Shown: one piece after another, positions 17,014 through 28,100 of the stretch
How positions within the stretch are numbered: the first letter of the stretch is position 1
Layout of the letters: every line of letters begins with the position of its first letter
From: a virus
IMG/VR virus record: IMGVR_UViG_3300045988_165922
Location: 37,893 to 101,892 of that record
DNA length: 64,000 nucleotides
Reading direction: 5' to 3' (one strand)
Program-made: the position numbers and the translations under genes
The notes under the pieces: generated by a model
The model's database searches: none
What the model saw: only the letters and a program-made list of their open reading frames with translations
Told to the model about the DNA's origin: nothing

Positions 17014-17085
17014 GTTTTGTTGTTCTGGGCGGTTTAGCATGGACAAGCTGGAAGAATTCAATCCCGACACCATGTGACATTTACT

Positions 17086-17120
17086 GAAAAAGCCCCTCAG
17101 TCGAGGGGCTTTTCTTTTTG
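17086..17120. terminator. bidirectional rho-independent terminator (agcccctcagtcgaggggct followed by T-run; A-run on the other side)
   Basis: perfect 8-bp GC stem between the convergent genes 15856..17013 (+) and 17121..18128 (-). Confidence 0.7.
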
Positions 17121-18128
17121 CTATCCCTTGTGCGTTTTCTCATACCATTCCACGAATCCCAGCATGGCTTGCTGGAATGATGGTTTGAATTCGCCGTTTA
17201 CGGGAATGTTTCGGTTGAGTGGCGTGGTCTTATAGTTTTCCGGTAAGGGTGTGGCGCACCATTCGGGTGGTATCCGGTCGGTGAATGGTTCCTCGCAATC
17301 GTCGCTGAACATGAGTCCTACCGGCTTGCCGTTGAGGAGGATTGTTGCGTGGGGGCTGATTTGTCCTTTCGCCAACCGGTATTCTCCTCTTGTCGTGTGT
17401 ATTGGATAGTGGAAGGTTTCAGGTAGTCCTCCCCGCCGGTATTCGTCGCGTAATAGTCGAATCGGATTATAGTAGCGTTCCAATGCGGGGTATGCCCATT
17501 CGCATCCGCTCCAACAGTCGCGTACCCTGTCCATTCCGTCCCAGTTTTCTTTCGGATTGGGTTGGATGCTGAGTTTGCGGTATCGGTCGGTTTGACACCA
17601 GCGGGCGGGATTGTTCAGGGCATAGTTCGGCGTGGTTTGTTCGGCTAACCGTATGAGAGTGCTGAGGGTGCATGAAGCATAATGTTGCTTGTCGTATCGT
17701 GCGACAAGCCGATACGGGTCGGCATCATCCTTGTTAAACACAGGCTTCAACACGCGTAAATGTTCCTCCGTTACGGGAATATCAAGGTCGGCTGGTAAAC
17801 CCAACACTTCCATCCAACCTCCAAGCCTGTTCGTATCCCACTTGTAATCCTTGCAGTATTGCGCTTGCAACAGCCAAACCATCCAACGGCGCACATTCCG
17901 CATCAGTACGGGATGGGACGCGAATTCGAGAGGACGCCCCAGCATGTCATGATTCACATTATCCGGCGTGGTAATACTGGTTCGATTACCGTACTCGTCC
18001 ACTGCCGTCACGACGATATTGTGTCCGGCGTCCACAGCCTTGAACATGTCGCTGATGTTGTCTTCCACGAACGTGGGCGGAATGAGACGCGACTGGACTT
18101 GACCATTAATCGGCACGGAGAGCATCAT
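17121..18128 (-). CDS. hypothetical protein, 335 aa
   Basis: ORF track; overlaps the upstream gene by ATGA. Confidence 0.55.
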   Translation of the reverse strand: MMLSVPINGQVQSRLIPPTFVEDNISDMFKAVDAGHNIVVTAVDEYGNRTSITTPDNVNHDMLGRPLEFASHPVLMRNVRRWMVWLLQAQYCKDYKWDTNRLGGWMEVLGLPADLDIPVTEEHLRVLKPVFNKDDADPYRLVARYDKQHYASCTLSTLIRLAEQTTPNYALNNPARWCQTDRYRKLSIQPNPKENWDGMDRVRDCWSGCEWAYPALERYYNPIRLLRDEYRRGGLPETFHYPIHTTRGEYRLAKGQISPHATILLNGKPVGLMFSDDCEEPFTDRIPPEWCATPLPENYKTTPLNRNIPVNGEFKPSFQQAMLGFVEWYEKTHKG

Positions 18129-18736
18129 TCACCATCCTCACTATTAGAGGCGAGTCGGGTTCGGAGTTCCCTCAACCGGCCTAACCGTTCCTCCACAGCC
18201 TGAATACGAACGTCAACCGCAGTCAACGTGTCACCATCCGGCTCAGACAACTCATACTTGCCGGACGACAGTCGTTCCAGAAAACTGGTGGGAACATCCC
18301 ATACCAATAATCGGAGTTTGTCGGGACTGAGATTCAACCCCGTATACAAGCCGGTTTTAGGCCACATGCCATCCACGAGAGCCACATTCGGCATCATGCG
18401 CGGTGGACGGTCGGGCTGATATTTTTCGACTAGGATTCGACCAGCGAACCAGATAATGTCGCTATCCTGCTTGGAGTACGCGTACAAGTAGTCGTAGGGG
18501 TTGATGGTGACTGTGACACGCTTTTCAGCGTCCACGCCCTTATGCCACCAGAAATATTTGTCTAAAGCTTCGAACACCAGCCTTTCCACACGCATATCGA
18601 ACGTCCAAGTCTTCAACTTGTCATCAAACGTTCCACCCAACGCGCGGGAGCGACGTGCGAACAACGGATTATACGGAGCCTTAACCTTCAAACGGACATC
18701 ACTGCGAGTGACCGTAATATCATCAAAACCTGCCAT
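18125..18736 (-). CDS. hypothetical protein, 203 aa
   Basis: RBS GAAAGGAAACTGTC-ATG. Confidence 0.55.
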   Translation of the reverse strand: MAGFDDITVTRSDVRLKVKAPYNPLFARRSRALGGTFDDKLKTWTFDMRVERLVFEALDKYFWWHKGVDAEKRVTVTINPYDYLYAYSKQDSDIIWFAGRILVEKYQPDRPPRMMPNVALVDGMWPKTGLYTGLNLSPDKLRLLVWDVPTSFLERLSSGKYELSEPDGDTLTAVDVRIQAVEERLGRLRELRTRLASNSEDGE

Positions 18737-19005
18737 GACAGTTTCCTTTCACTCAAACGGCATACTCTGACCAATGCGCTGATAACCTCTAAAGCCCCAC
18801 ATGGGCGAAGTCCCGAGGAAGGAAATGCAAGTAAACCCAGTGTAACACCAAGCTGGGAAGAAAAACTAGCCGACAAGCATGCCGAGTGAAATACGATACA
18901 ATCCAAGCCTCACGAAATCTCATCCAAACGATTGAGGAAGCGGAAGATTCTGCGCCACCGCTTCCAGCAGATTACACCCCTCCACCAATCTGGAAAGTCC
19001 GGAAA

Positions 19006-20235
19006 TCACGGGTGAAAAGCCAGCTTCCGCATTTCACAATGCCTCCGATACCACGCTTTCTCCCGAGCGCACAGTCCACGACGGTGAGTTAGACCCGACA
19101 GTGTGCTCTCATGGCTCGTCCAAGAATCCTGAACTGTCCGCAATCCCACATGCACGCCATCATATGAGCGGATAAGGTTACGCGCATGCCGTCGGCTTGC
19201 ACGCAACGCCTTATGGTGCATGCGGATAAGAATACTGCCGTCATCCTGTACGCTGTATACGCGTTTCAGGAATGTGAGTTGACCGGTGCGACAGTCCACT
19301 ATGCGGGTCTTGCGCTTGTTCAACCGCAATCCCAATTGATTGACATGCCGCTCGTAACCGGCCAGCACACGTTCGGCCTGTTCACGATTCTTGCAGAAAC
19401 AGTAGGCATCATCCATATACCGTCCGTAGAATCCTTGCGACATGCACCAGTGGTCAACCTTGTTCAAATACCAGATAGCCATGGTTTGGCTTGTCTGATT
19501 GCCTAAACCCAAGTGAGGTTCGTCCAATACGAAGATTCTCAATACGGTTAGAATCCGTTCCACATCCTGCTTCTCCCGTCCGGTGCGGGCGATGCTCCGG
19601 TACAGGGTGGAAATCATATCGAACGCTCGTTGGGAGCTGATACTTCCGAAATAGTTGGCACAGTCGAAGATGACAGCATACGGATGCTCCCATTTGCCCA
19701 AAGCCCGCTTATAGTGTAGTTCGAACCGTTTTCGGGCGAACGATGTTCCACGTTTCGGTAGGCTTGCCGCATTATCGTATATCAGTTGGCTTTCCACGAT
19801 GGGGACGAGACTGTTGTCGCATAAGGCGCGTTGCACCACCCGGTCTCGGAAGGATACCGCGCTGATGTGGCGGAGTTTGCCTCGTTCGGAAATGTCGAAT
19901 CGGATTGGCGCTCTCTTCTTGTATGTGCCGTCCTCTAATTCTTGGGCGAGTTTCCAACAGTTGACGGCACGCCTATTGTCGAAGTTCAACACTGTGTTTT
20001 TCCATGTGACGCCGCGTTTGCATTTTCTTGCGGCTTGGTAGAGCGCGTCGAATCCGAATGTTTGTTGGAAGTCGATGTAACGGTGGAGCTTCCTGTACTT
20101 ATCATCCGAGCGTTGTTGCAGTCTGCGTTGGCGTCTTCTACGTCTTTGACTCGCATTCACGATTTTAATGCTTCCTTCACTAGGGAAAGAGAAAAGAATG
20201 GTTGAGGGCAGGTCGTCGGCAACAACCCAAGACAT
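19006..20235 (-). CDS. reverse transcriptase, DGR type
   Basis: RT motifs SFRDRVVQRAL, FDCANYFGSI, YMDDAYCF (YxDD); motif 4 reads LGNQTSQ (the DGR-type I/LGxxxSQ in place of QGxxxSP); adjacent TR/VR pair; N-terminal start uncertain. Confidence 0.85.
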   Translation of the reverse strand: MSWVVADDLPSTILFSFPSEGSIKIVNASQRRRRRQRRLQQRSDDKYRKLHRYIDFQQTFGFDALYQAARKCKRGVTWKNTVLNFDNRRAVNCWKLAQELEDGTYKKRAPIRFDISERGKLRHISAVSFRDRVVQRALCDNSLVPIVESQLIYDNAASLPKRGTSFARKRFELHYKRALGKWEHPYAVIFDCANYFGSISSQRAFDMISTLYRSIARTGREKQDVERILTVLRIFVLDEPHLGLGNQTSQTMAIWYLNKVDHWCMSQGFYGRYMDDAYCFCKNREQAERVLAGYERHVNQLGLRLNKRKTRIVDCRTGQLTFLKRVYSVQDDGSILIRMHHKALRASRRHARNLIRSYDGVHVGLRTVQDSWTSHESTLSGLTHRRGLCAREKAWYRRHCEMRKLAFHP

Positions 20236-20429
20236 GCAATGATGTTGGACGCCCAGCTTAAGGGGCGAGTATCCGTCGTTTCCGACAGTCTTAATATCTC
20301 CCTCAACCTATTTCACACGCAACCCATTTTTCGAGGGGCCGCGCATTCGACCATATCCCCTTCCCCTTCGGGAGGCTTTCACCCATTGGGCTACTGGCCT
20401 ATCTGATGTTAGTTTTTGGTAAGAGGAAT

Positions 20430-20582
20430 CGGGGACAACGGAGTAGCGATTGTTGGCATTGTTGTTGTAGCTGGGGTCGCCGTTCGAGTTCACTTGGAGG
20501 AAATTGTTGTTGTTGTTCGGGTTGGGCGAACGCTCCCACCAATTGTTGTTGTTAGCACCAAGAGGAGTGGAACCGGAAACGG
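20430..20582 (-). repeat. DGR template repeat (TR), ~153 bp
   Basis: identical to the VR at 21228..21380 except at ~20 positions, 19 of which are TR adenines on the coding strand (AAC-rich). Confidence 0.8.
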
Positions 20583-20625
20583 TGTCACCATAGTTTGGAT
20601 ATGGCCGATTTTGTTCAATTATATT

Positions 20626-21141
20626 TTAGGCTTGCGCCCGAGTATCCATTATAGTGTTCGTTTTCGACTCGGCGTTTTTAGCTTTCTTCAACTGGTCTCG
20701 CTCATACTTGACGGCTCCGGTGAACACGCCCATCGCCTTGTAGAGGGTTCCCGCATAGTTCACGAATTTCTTCTCCTTGACGACGGGATTGTATCTGGGG
20801 TCGCCTTCCGGATATTTCCTGTAGGCTTCCAAGTCTTTTTCCCGTGGAGGAAACTCCATCCAATCGTCCACAAGACCGGAGAGTGAGTTCAGCATGCCTT
20901 GGGCCTTGCACAACAGTTGCAGTTTCATCTCATGCTCTTCTACAGTGCTTGCATAAATGATGTCGGCACTGTAGGCGGAGGAGTACATTTCGTAGGCGAT
21001 ATGCATGACATGCACGGTTTCAATGCAGTTACGGCTTTTAGGCCATTTGCGGAACAGATTTCTGGTAGCCAAGAGCACGATTCTGGCCTGATTCGCATAT
21101 TCGCTTTTGGCTTTTGTACGTTTGCTTGCGGGAACCGTCAT
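20626..21141 (-). CDS. Avd-like DGR accessory protein, 171 aa
   Basis: small basic protein between target gene and TR, where avd normally sits; RBS AAGGAG. Confidence 0.5.
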   Translation of the reverse strand: MTVPASKRTKAKSEYANQARIVLLATRNLFRKWPKSRNCIETVHVMHIAYEMYSSAYSADIIYASTVEEHEMKLQLLCKAQGMLNSLSGLVDDWMEFPPREKDLEAYRKYPEGDPRYNPVVKEKKFVNYAGTLYKAMGVFTGAVKYERDQLKKAKNAESKTNTIMDTRAQA

Positions 21142-21213
21142 AGGACTCCTTTTGTGTGAGATTTGAGTTTGGAGGGGTGGTGGGGATGAACCCCACCACC
21201 CAAGGATTGGGGA

Positions 21214-22146
21214 TTAGAAGGAGAAAGCGGGGACAACGGAGCAGCGATAGTCGGCACTGTCGTAGTAGCTGGGGTCGCCGTACGAGGTCACTCGGAGGAA
21301 ATAACTGTTGTAGTCCGGGTCGGGCGAACGCTCCCACCAATAGCTGTAGTAAGCACCAAGAGGAGCGGAACCGGAAACGGTCTTGTAGATGCCGGAGAGA
21401 ATGCTATTACCCGACCAGTTATTTGTCACCTTACCGTGGAAATACTCGTATTGGCTTCCCTCCTGATTCAACGCTTGGAAACCACCAGAGGTCTTCCAAC
21501 CATCGTATAAGGTTGGTACGAGTTCACGGTAGGAGACGAGCCATACTTTGTCTGCCGTGGCTGACGCGCTTGAACCGACTGTGCTTCCGTAGGCCATGTT
21601 GTTGGTTTGTTTCAGCACGGTTGTGACGTTGTTTTGGAAGTCGGTTGGGAATTGGTTCCAGATTTCACCATTGTTCATCTGATTGCGGAGAAGACTGTCA
21701 CGCCAGCCGCCATTATTGGTGTGACTATTGTTCATGGCATACGCTTTCGGTAACGCGTTCCAAGCCATGAACGTCAATCCTGCTTTTCGTCCACTTCCGT
21801 CGGCTTTGTCGTCGTGGAGGATGCCGATGAGTCGGAATGGGAGGTTCGAGCCGTCTGATAGGGTGAGCGTGCCTTTGACCCCGTCGGTCAGGTTCTTTTC
21901 CATTGCGGCATAGTATGTGCTTCCTTTGCCTTTCTCGCTTAAATCGTCGGCAATCTGTTTCAATCCCGCCGCGTTATAGCCCGCGTAGCAAACCTTGTCC
22001 ACGCCAGTATTGCATTTGGCTGGTTCGGCGGCTATTGCACTACCGGTGAGGAAGCCGCCGCAGACCGCGCTCATGATGGCGAGGGTGGCGAGGAGCCGCC
22101 GAACCATGTGACGGCTCCCGTGTGATTGTGTGGCGTGTTCGCCCAT
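21214..22146 (-). CDS. DGR target protein: secreted, with a C-terminal variable repeat (C-type-lectin-fold style)
   Basis: signal peptide MVRRLLATLAIMSAVCGG...; VR covers the last ~50 codons; start MGEHAT with RBS AAAGGA, 12 nt after the adhesin gene stop. Confidence 0.75.
   Translation of the reverse strand: MGEHATQSHGSRHMVRRLLATLAIMSAVCGGFLTGSAIAAEPAKCNTGVDKVCYAGYNAAGLKQIADDLSEKGKGSTYYAAMEKNLTDGVKGTLTLSDGSNLPFRLIGILHDDKADGSGRKAGLTFMAWNALPKAYAMNNSHTNNGGWRDSLLRNQMNNGEIWNQFPTDFQNNVTTVLKQTNNMAYGSTVGSSASATADKVWLVSYRELVPTLYDGWKTSGGFQALNQEGSQYEYFHGKVTNNWSGNSILSGIYKTVSGSAPLGAYYSYWWERSPDPDYNSYFLRVTSYGDPSYYDSADYRCSVVPAFSF
21228..21380 (-). repeat. DGR variable repeat (VR), ending 12 nt before the target stop codon
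   Basis: aligns with the TR; the 14-bp GC-rich identical block cggggacaacggag at its 3' end looks IMH-like. Confidence 0.8.
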
Positions 22147-22157
22147 TCTTGTTCCTT

Positions 22158-25100
22158 TCACTGTTCTTCCTTCTTTCGTAGGAGGATGATTGCCGCGACG
22201 AGTCCGCTGATGCTGACGAGCATGAGGAGCGGCAACAGCAATCCCATGCCCGTGTGCGGCATGGTCGCCAACCATGTTTCAGGCAGGACACCCGCATCCA
22301 CATGCTCCTTGGTTGGAGCATCTTGGGTGAGGGTGATGGTCAGCTTGTTGGCTTCATCCGTGTAAGCATCCGAATCAGTGGAGCTTCCATCCGCCGCAGG
22401 AGTCTTGTCTCCCACATCCGGCGTGGTGAAGTCCCGGTGGTTCACTTTGGTGAATTGGATACGGTATTTGTTGCCGTTCGCGTCCAGACGTTCGAAAATG
22501 TACTTGCCATCCTTGTCGGTCTTGGTGGTTGCCAACTGTTTGCCGTTCTCGTCAGTCAGAATGACCGTCTGACCGGCGAAATGCGTGTTCTCACCTTCAT
22601 CTTGAATGCCGTTCTTGTTGGTATCCTCCCAATACAGGCCGCTGATGGAACCGAGTTTCTTCGCGGTGGTGGTTGGTGTGATGATGGTGCCGACTTGGTC
22701 GCAGGAGTCCTCATCGGACGTGCTGAACCAGTGTTGGCGTCCTTCCTCCGTATAGTCCGTGTCGGTGCGGCATGTCGGATTGCCGGTCACATCATTCGTG
22801 TTGGCATCCAGTTTCGTAGCGTCCGGAGTGTTCGGCTTGTTTTTGCCGCTTGCGTGTGGCGTGCCCGAATATGGCGTGTGTTCGGAGTCGAACCATGCTT
22901 GGTTGAGAATGGTCTTCGTATTCTTCTTAACCCACTCGTCAATGTACGTCTGGTCTTTGCCCGTCATGTCAGCGGTCTCACGGTCAACTGTGCCGGTGAA
23001 ATGGTAGATGACATAGCCGCCCGGCTCAATCGAATACGGCAGATTGTACGTGCGGGTAGTCAACCCATTCTCAGTGGTTTCGCTCGATGGTTCGACAGGT
23101 ACGGCGGTCGGGTCGGACGAGACCGCCATACCCTTCAAACCGATCGAACGCGCGCCACCCGTCTTACCGTCACCATACGGGTCGAAGCCCGCAATCATGA
23201 CCTGCTTGCCAAGAATGAGCACGTCACGGTCACCGCCCGCCACGTCGGAGGCGATGATGCCCGTATCGACTGGCGTGCCGATGATGTCCGTGTTGTTACC
23301 GGTGGAGTCGTCCGTCCAATACATGCCGTTGCCGGTCTTGCCGTTCGCCAATTGTCCGTCACCATTCCAGCCTGAAGCCCACAAGTGTTGGTTCTTGTCG
23401 ATGGCGTACAAGGTCTGATAGCCGCCGCTGATGAGTGTGATGTCCTTCAGACTGGACACGTTGGGCGAATAGCCGTCGCGGTTCAGGGTGGCTACCGGTT
23501 GGACGGTGCCCGAATTGGTCAACGCGTATACTTGACCGAATGCGGCGGCCACCTGCATATAGCCGCTTCCTTTTGGGGTTAATGCGGTCGAAGCGCCCGC
23601 ATACAGGCTTCCGCCGTTCTTGGTCAATGCGATGAACGAGTCCATGCTTGCGCTGACTTGCGTGGATGTGACGGAGCTAATCTGGGTCAGACTCGTGTAA
23701 GTCTTGTTGCCAATGTTTCCCGTGGCCCACAGGGTTCCGTCACTGGCGATGGCGACGGTGAACTGGTTGCCGCATGCCACGTCCGTGAACGTCTTATCCG
23801 AAGCGACTTCCGTCCATTCGAAACGATTGTCCGTATCACCCGTACCCAATTGGCCTCTACTATTCCAACCGGTCGTGTACAGGTGTCCGTCCGTGCTGAT
23901 GGCGGCGGAATGTTTGCCACCGGCGGCGACTTTCAGCCAACTACCGTTGATGATGGTCGGCTTGTTCACGTTCACCGGAGTACTCGTGTTCGTGGAGTCA
24001 GGCTTGAAACCCAATTGACCATACTGGTTATTACCCCACGCATACAACAAGCCCTCATTCGTCAACACAAACTTATGGTCGCCACTCGTCGCAACCTGCT
24101 TCGCACCACCGGATTCAATACTCACAGTACCCGCCGTAGCCGTCACATCATGCACATCAGCACTCATACGGTCAGACACGACACTGGAAGTATCAAAACG
24201 AGACGTGCCGGAAGACTCAGTGGAAGTATCAGGAACAACCTGAACACCAGACTTCCAAACATGACCGTCGGAAACCAAAATCGGCGTGCTCTGGTCAGTT
24301 CCCGTGCCATCATGGTTATATCCCCATGTCCACAGGCGTCCGCCTGAATCCAAAGCCAGTCTTCCCTCTATTTGCGTAATTGTGACATCAGATTTAACCT
24401 TAATAGGAACATTTACGCAGGTATTCTCATACCCAATTCCTAATGAGCCGTGCTCATTGTTTCCCCATGCCCACCGGTGGCCGTCCGAATCTAAAGCAAA
24501 CGAGGATGAATCCCTCGCCGCAATCTGCGTGAACATGTCAGTAGAATAAACTTTAATCAGTAGGGGTTTTAAGCTGTTTTTATTAGAAGATACTCCAAGT
24601 GAACCGTAGTTATTCCACCCCCATGCCCATAGGTGACCTTCCGAATCCAAGGCGAGTGAATGCGCGCCGCCTGCGCTGACTTGGGTGAAGGTGGTGTCCG
24701 GTTTGACCTCGATAGGAGTGTTCCGGGCGGTGGTTGTTCCGTCTCCCAACTGGCCGGAACCGTTGCCTCCCCATGCCCATAGGTGACCTTCCGAATCCAA
24801 GGCGAGTGAATGCGCGCCGCCTGCGCTGACTTGGGTGAAGGTGGTGTCCGGTTTGACCTCGATAGGAGTGTTCCGGGCGGTGGTTGTTCCGTCTCCCAAC
24901 TGGCCGGAACCGTTGCCTCCCCATGCCCATAGGTGACCTTCCGAATCCAAGGCGAGTGAATGCGCGCCGCCTGCGGCAAATGTCTTCAGTGGTGGTACAC
25001 TCGGTGCCTTCTCGGTGCTCTTGCCCTTATTCTGCACCTTCACATCCCAGTTGATGACGCATTTTGTGTCCGTGCAATTGGTGCCGGTGACGGTTTTGTC

Positions 25101-28100
25101 TACGGTGGCTTTCAGGTCTGGTTTCGCGTAACCGTAGTCCACGTGGGTCTGGTTGATGCCGATACCTAGGTGGATGTCGTCGGACGTGTCTGTCGCGTTG
25201 GACTTGATTTTGTTAGACCAGCTGCGCGTGTTCGTCACGTCTTCCAATTTGCCGTAGTAGGTTTTGACTTGGGTTTGCACGCCGTCGCCCGTACTGGTGC
25301 CCGTATTGCGTTTCACCGAAGTCTTGTACGTGCCGGAGTGGAGCAGGTCGAACTCGTAATACCCGTCCTTGTCGGTTTTCACTGTCTTGACGGACTGCCA
25401 AGCACCATTCGCATCCTGCTTGCTGAGGATGACTTCCACGCCTTCGATACGTTCCTCACCATCTCCGATGAGCGTGTTCTCATCCTTATCCCACCAGACG
25501 GTACCGGAAATGCTACCGACGACGACGTTCGCCACGTCAGGCCATGGCTGGTTGCCTGCTGGCTTGCCTGCCGTGTCGGAATAATAGTTGCGGCCCAACC
25601 ATAGCGTGTACTTGTCGTCTTTCACATTGTCGGACGGGTTGAGCGTGATGGTGCCGTTCACTGCGGAATAGGATAGTTTTTCGTCGGATGCGACGACTGT
25701 GCTGGTCAGTCGGATGGCGGTGATGTTCTTCTTGTCCGAATCCGTCAACTTGTCCCATGTCTTCCACTCGTAGTCAGCCGGATTATCCGACTTCTTTCCG
25801 GTGGTGGTTGAATAGTAGACGGTCGTACTGGTCGAATTGTCCATATTGACCGTGATGGGCTGGGTCAGTTCGTAGGAGCCATGATAGTTGCTGTATCCAC
25901 GCTCATATTCGACCAGCTTGTCCTGCACGTACTTCTCATCACCATTCGCAGGAAGCAGTAGCATGCTATCCATGGTGCCGGTGTGACCGCCGCCCTTGCC
26001 GTACACGTTGAACTCCCAAGTAAGCGGGTCACCGATTTCAGCCTTCGTGGTCTTCACACGCATGATGCCACTGTTGGTTTCCGCATTGGAGACGGGGAAT
26101 GGGACGCTGGGCGTATTGCTTTTGATGGTTTGGGCTTGCAATGCGCCGTTCTCGTCAACGTCCACGCTCATATTCGCACTGGCGGTCACAGTCCCGGTGG
26201 CGAGATTGGATACGATGCCACTGAAATGCAGGTCAGGCAAAGTGGCCGACCCCATACGGTCTACTTCCGGCGTGACTTTGCCAGAACGTGGCGTGAACAC
26301 GAGATTATTCCCGTCCACTTTCATCTGCCAGAACGAATCATCACAGGTCGGATTGTACAAGCCTTTCGGTTTCGGCACCGTGATGGTCGGCGTCATGCTT
26401 GTATTGGACAGGAGAATGGTGCGCAACTGTTCCGTGACCGTATAATCCACTCGCATGCCGGGAGTCAAATCGACTGCGCTTCCGGACGGGTGATTGGAAC
26501 TGTTGTTCGCATACACTTGATTGCCTTCACCATCGTAGGCTTTCAGACTGATGTCGATACTGGTGGTCGGGTCTACCGGCTTGGCAATCCACACCCAATT
26601 GGTGACGCTCGCCTTATCGTCTTCGGTAAGCCATGCGGTCAGCGTATCCAAAGCTTCCACATTGCCTTTGGACACGTCGGCTATGGCGAGCGTGTTGAAC
26701 GTGACCTGAACGTTCGGCGCACCCTTTCCTAAAGTCAACGTGTCGGGGTTGAACGTCACCCGAATCTTCTTGACGTTCGGAGCGTCCGTGTCGGATGGTT
26801 CCCCGTCATGCCAATTGTCTTTGCTATCAGCCCATTGAACTTTGTAGTCGGAAACCGGAGCACCGTTCTGGGTGACTTCCAAGCTTCCATCCCACCGCAT
26901 GCGCGTATTATCCCACTCATCCTGCATGGTCGGCGTAGTGTTTTTAAGCTTGTCCGCAGTAACGTTCGCCGCATACATTTCCAAAATGGTTTTGACTTGC
27001 GTTCCACGGGACACGGTGTCGCCGGAACCGTCGGAATAGTAATGGTAGATGTCGGCTTTGCCTTCGGCGGCGTCGAACGTCAGATTCTCCTTGTCGAACA
27101 TGGTCTTGGACGCAGTGTTAGGACGTTGCAGTCCTTTGCCGAACAGTGGAATCTTGCCAGCTGGAGTCGGCTTGAGCCGTTGGATGATGGCTCGTGACCA
27201 GTCATTGTTCGCGTACGGGTAGCCGACGCGGGCACCCGTATCCTTGTTGTAGGTGCTCTTGTCCCGTCCAATGTTCCAGCCGGGTTCGCCGCCCTTGCCC
27301 ATGTTCAACAGTGCGTTGCCGTTATCGTCTTTGACGCTGAACACGGTTTCGTCGGGAACAAGGTGGACATCGTAATATTTGACGTCTCCTTCTTTCATGT
27401 TTTTGAGCGCGTCGGTTCCGGCGGGAATCCTGTAGCTGATTGTCGCCGCCGTACCGTTTTTGCCACTGGATACGGTCAAATACTGTTCTTTATCACTGTT
27501 ACGGGTAATCCTCTGACCGCCTACAGTCCACACGGTGCCCTGCGGGAAGTCGGAAATATCCACTTTGGTAGTCCAATCGATGCTGGTGGACGCGCCCTTC
27601 GTGGACGAATAACCCGGATAGGTCAACGCGTCGGTACGAATAGTGAAATCACCGGTCGCATCGGTGTTCTGACTCCAATAAGTACGATGCTCATACGAGT
27701 ATTGGCCTTTCACCGGATTGCCGCCATTGTCAATGACCAAGTCAGCCGCCGGAGCGGATACTACAGTCAGCTCATCCGTACGATACGTGGTTGACGTTCC
27801 ACCTTCGCGGGCGACGACGATTTTCGGAATCTGACCCGGCTTGACCAAGCCTCCCGTGTCTTTTGCTTTCAGATAGAAGGTTTGGGTCATGGTTTCCACG
27901 CCACCGGCTGGAACCGTGTAGGAGCAGGAGCCGTCACTGTTTTTCTTCGCGGTGACGAGTTGTCCCGGCTGGCAGAAGCCACCACCGTCAGCAGTCTGCA
28001 AATACGGCGCGTCATCCAAGTCGAACTTCACGTTGATGGTACGCTTGCCCGCCGCGTTGAAGTTCAACGTGAGAGAATATTCGACCGTATCACCGGATGC

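Noticed and set aside
19006-20235. The RT as a retron, group II intron or Abi-type RT
   Set aside because: There is no intron RNA domain or maturase/endonuclease region. Motif 4 is the DGR-specific LGxxxSQ, and a TR/VR pair with adenine-restricted mismatches is present.
24569-24979. ORF-track proteins 24569..24979 (-) and 24610..24930 (-), with internally repeated 47-50-aa units
   Set aside because: These are off-frame readings of the 150-bp tandem RCC1 repeats in the adhesin gene. The periodicity comes from the DNA repeat, not from separate genes.
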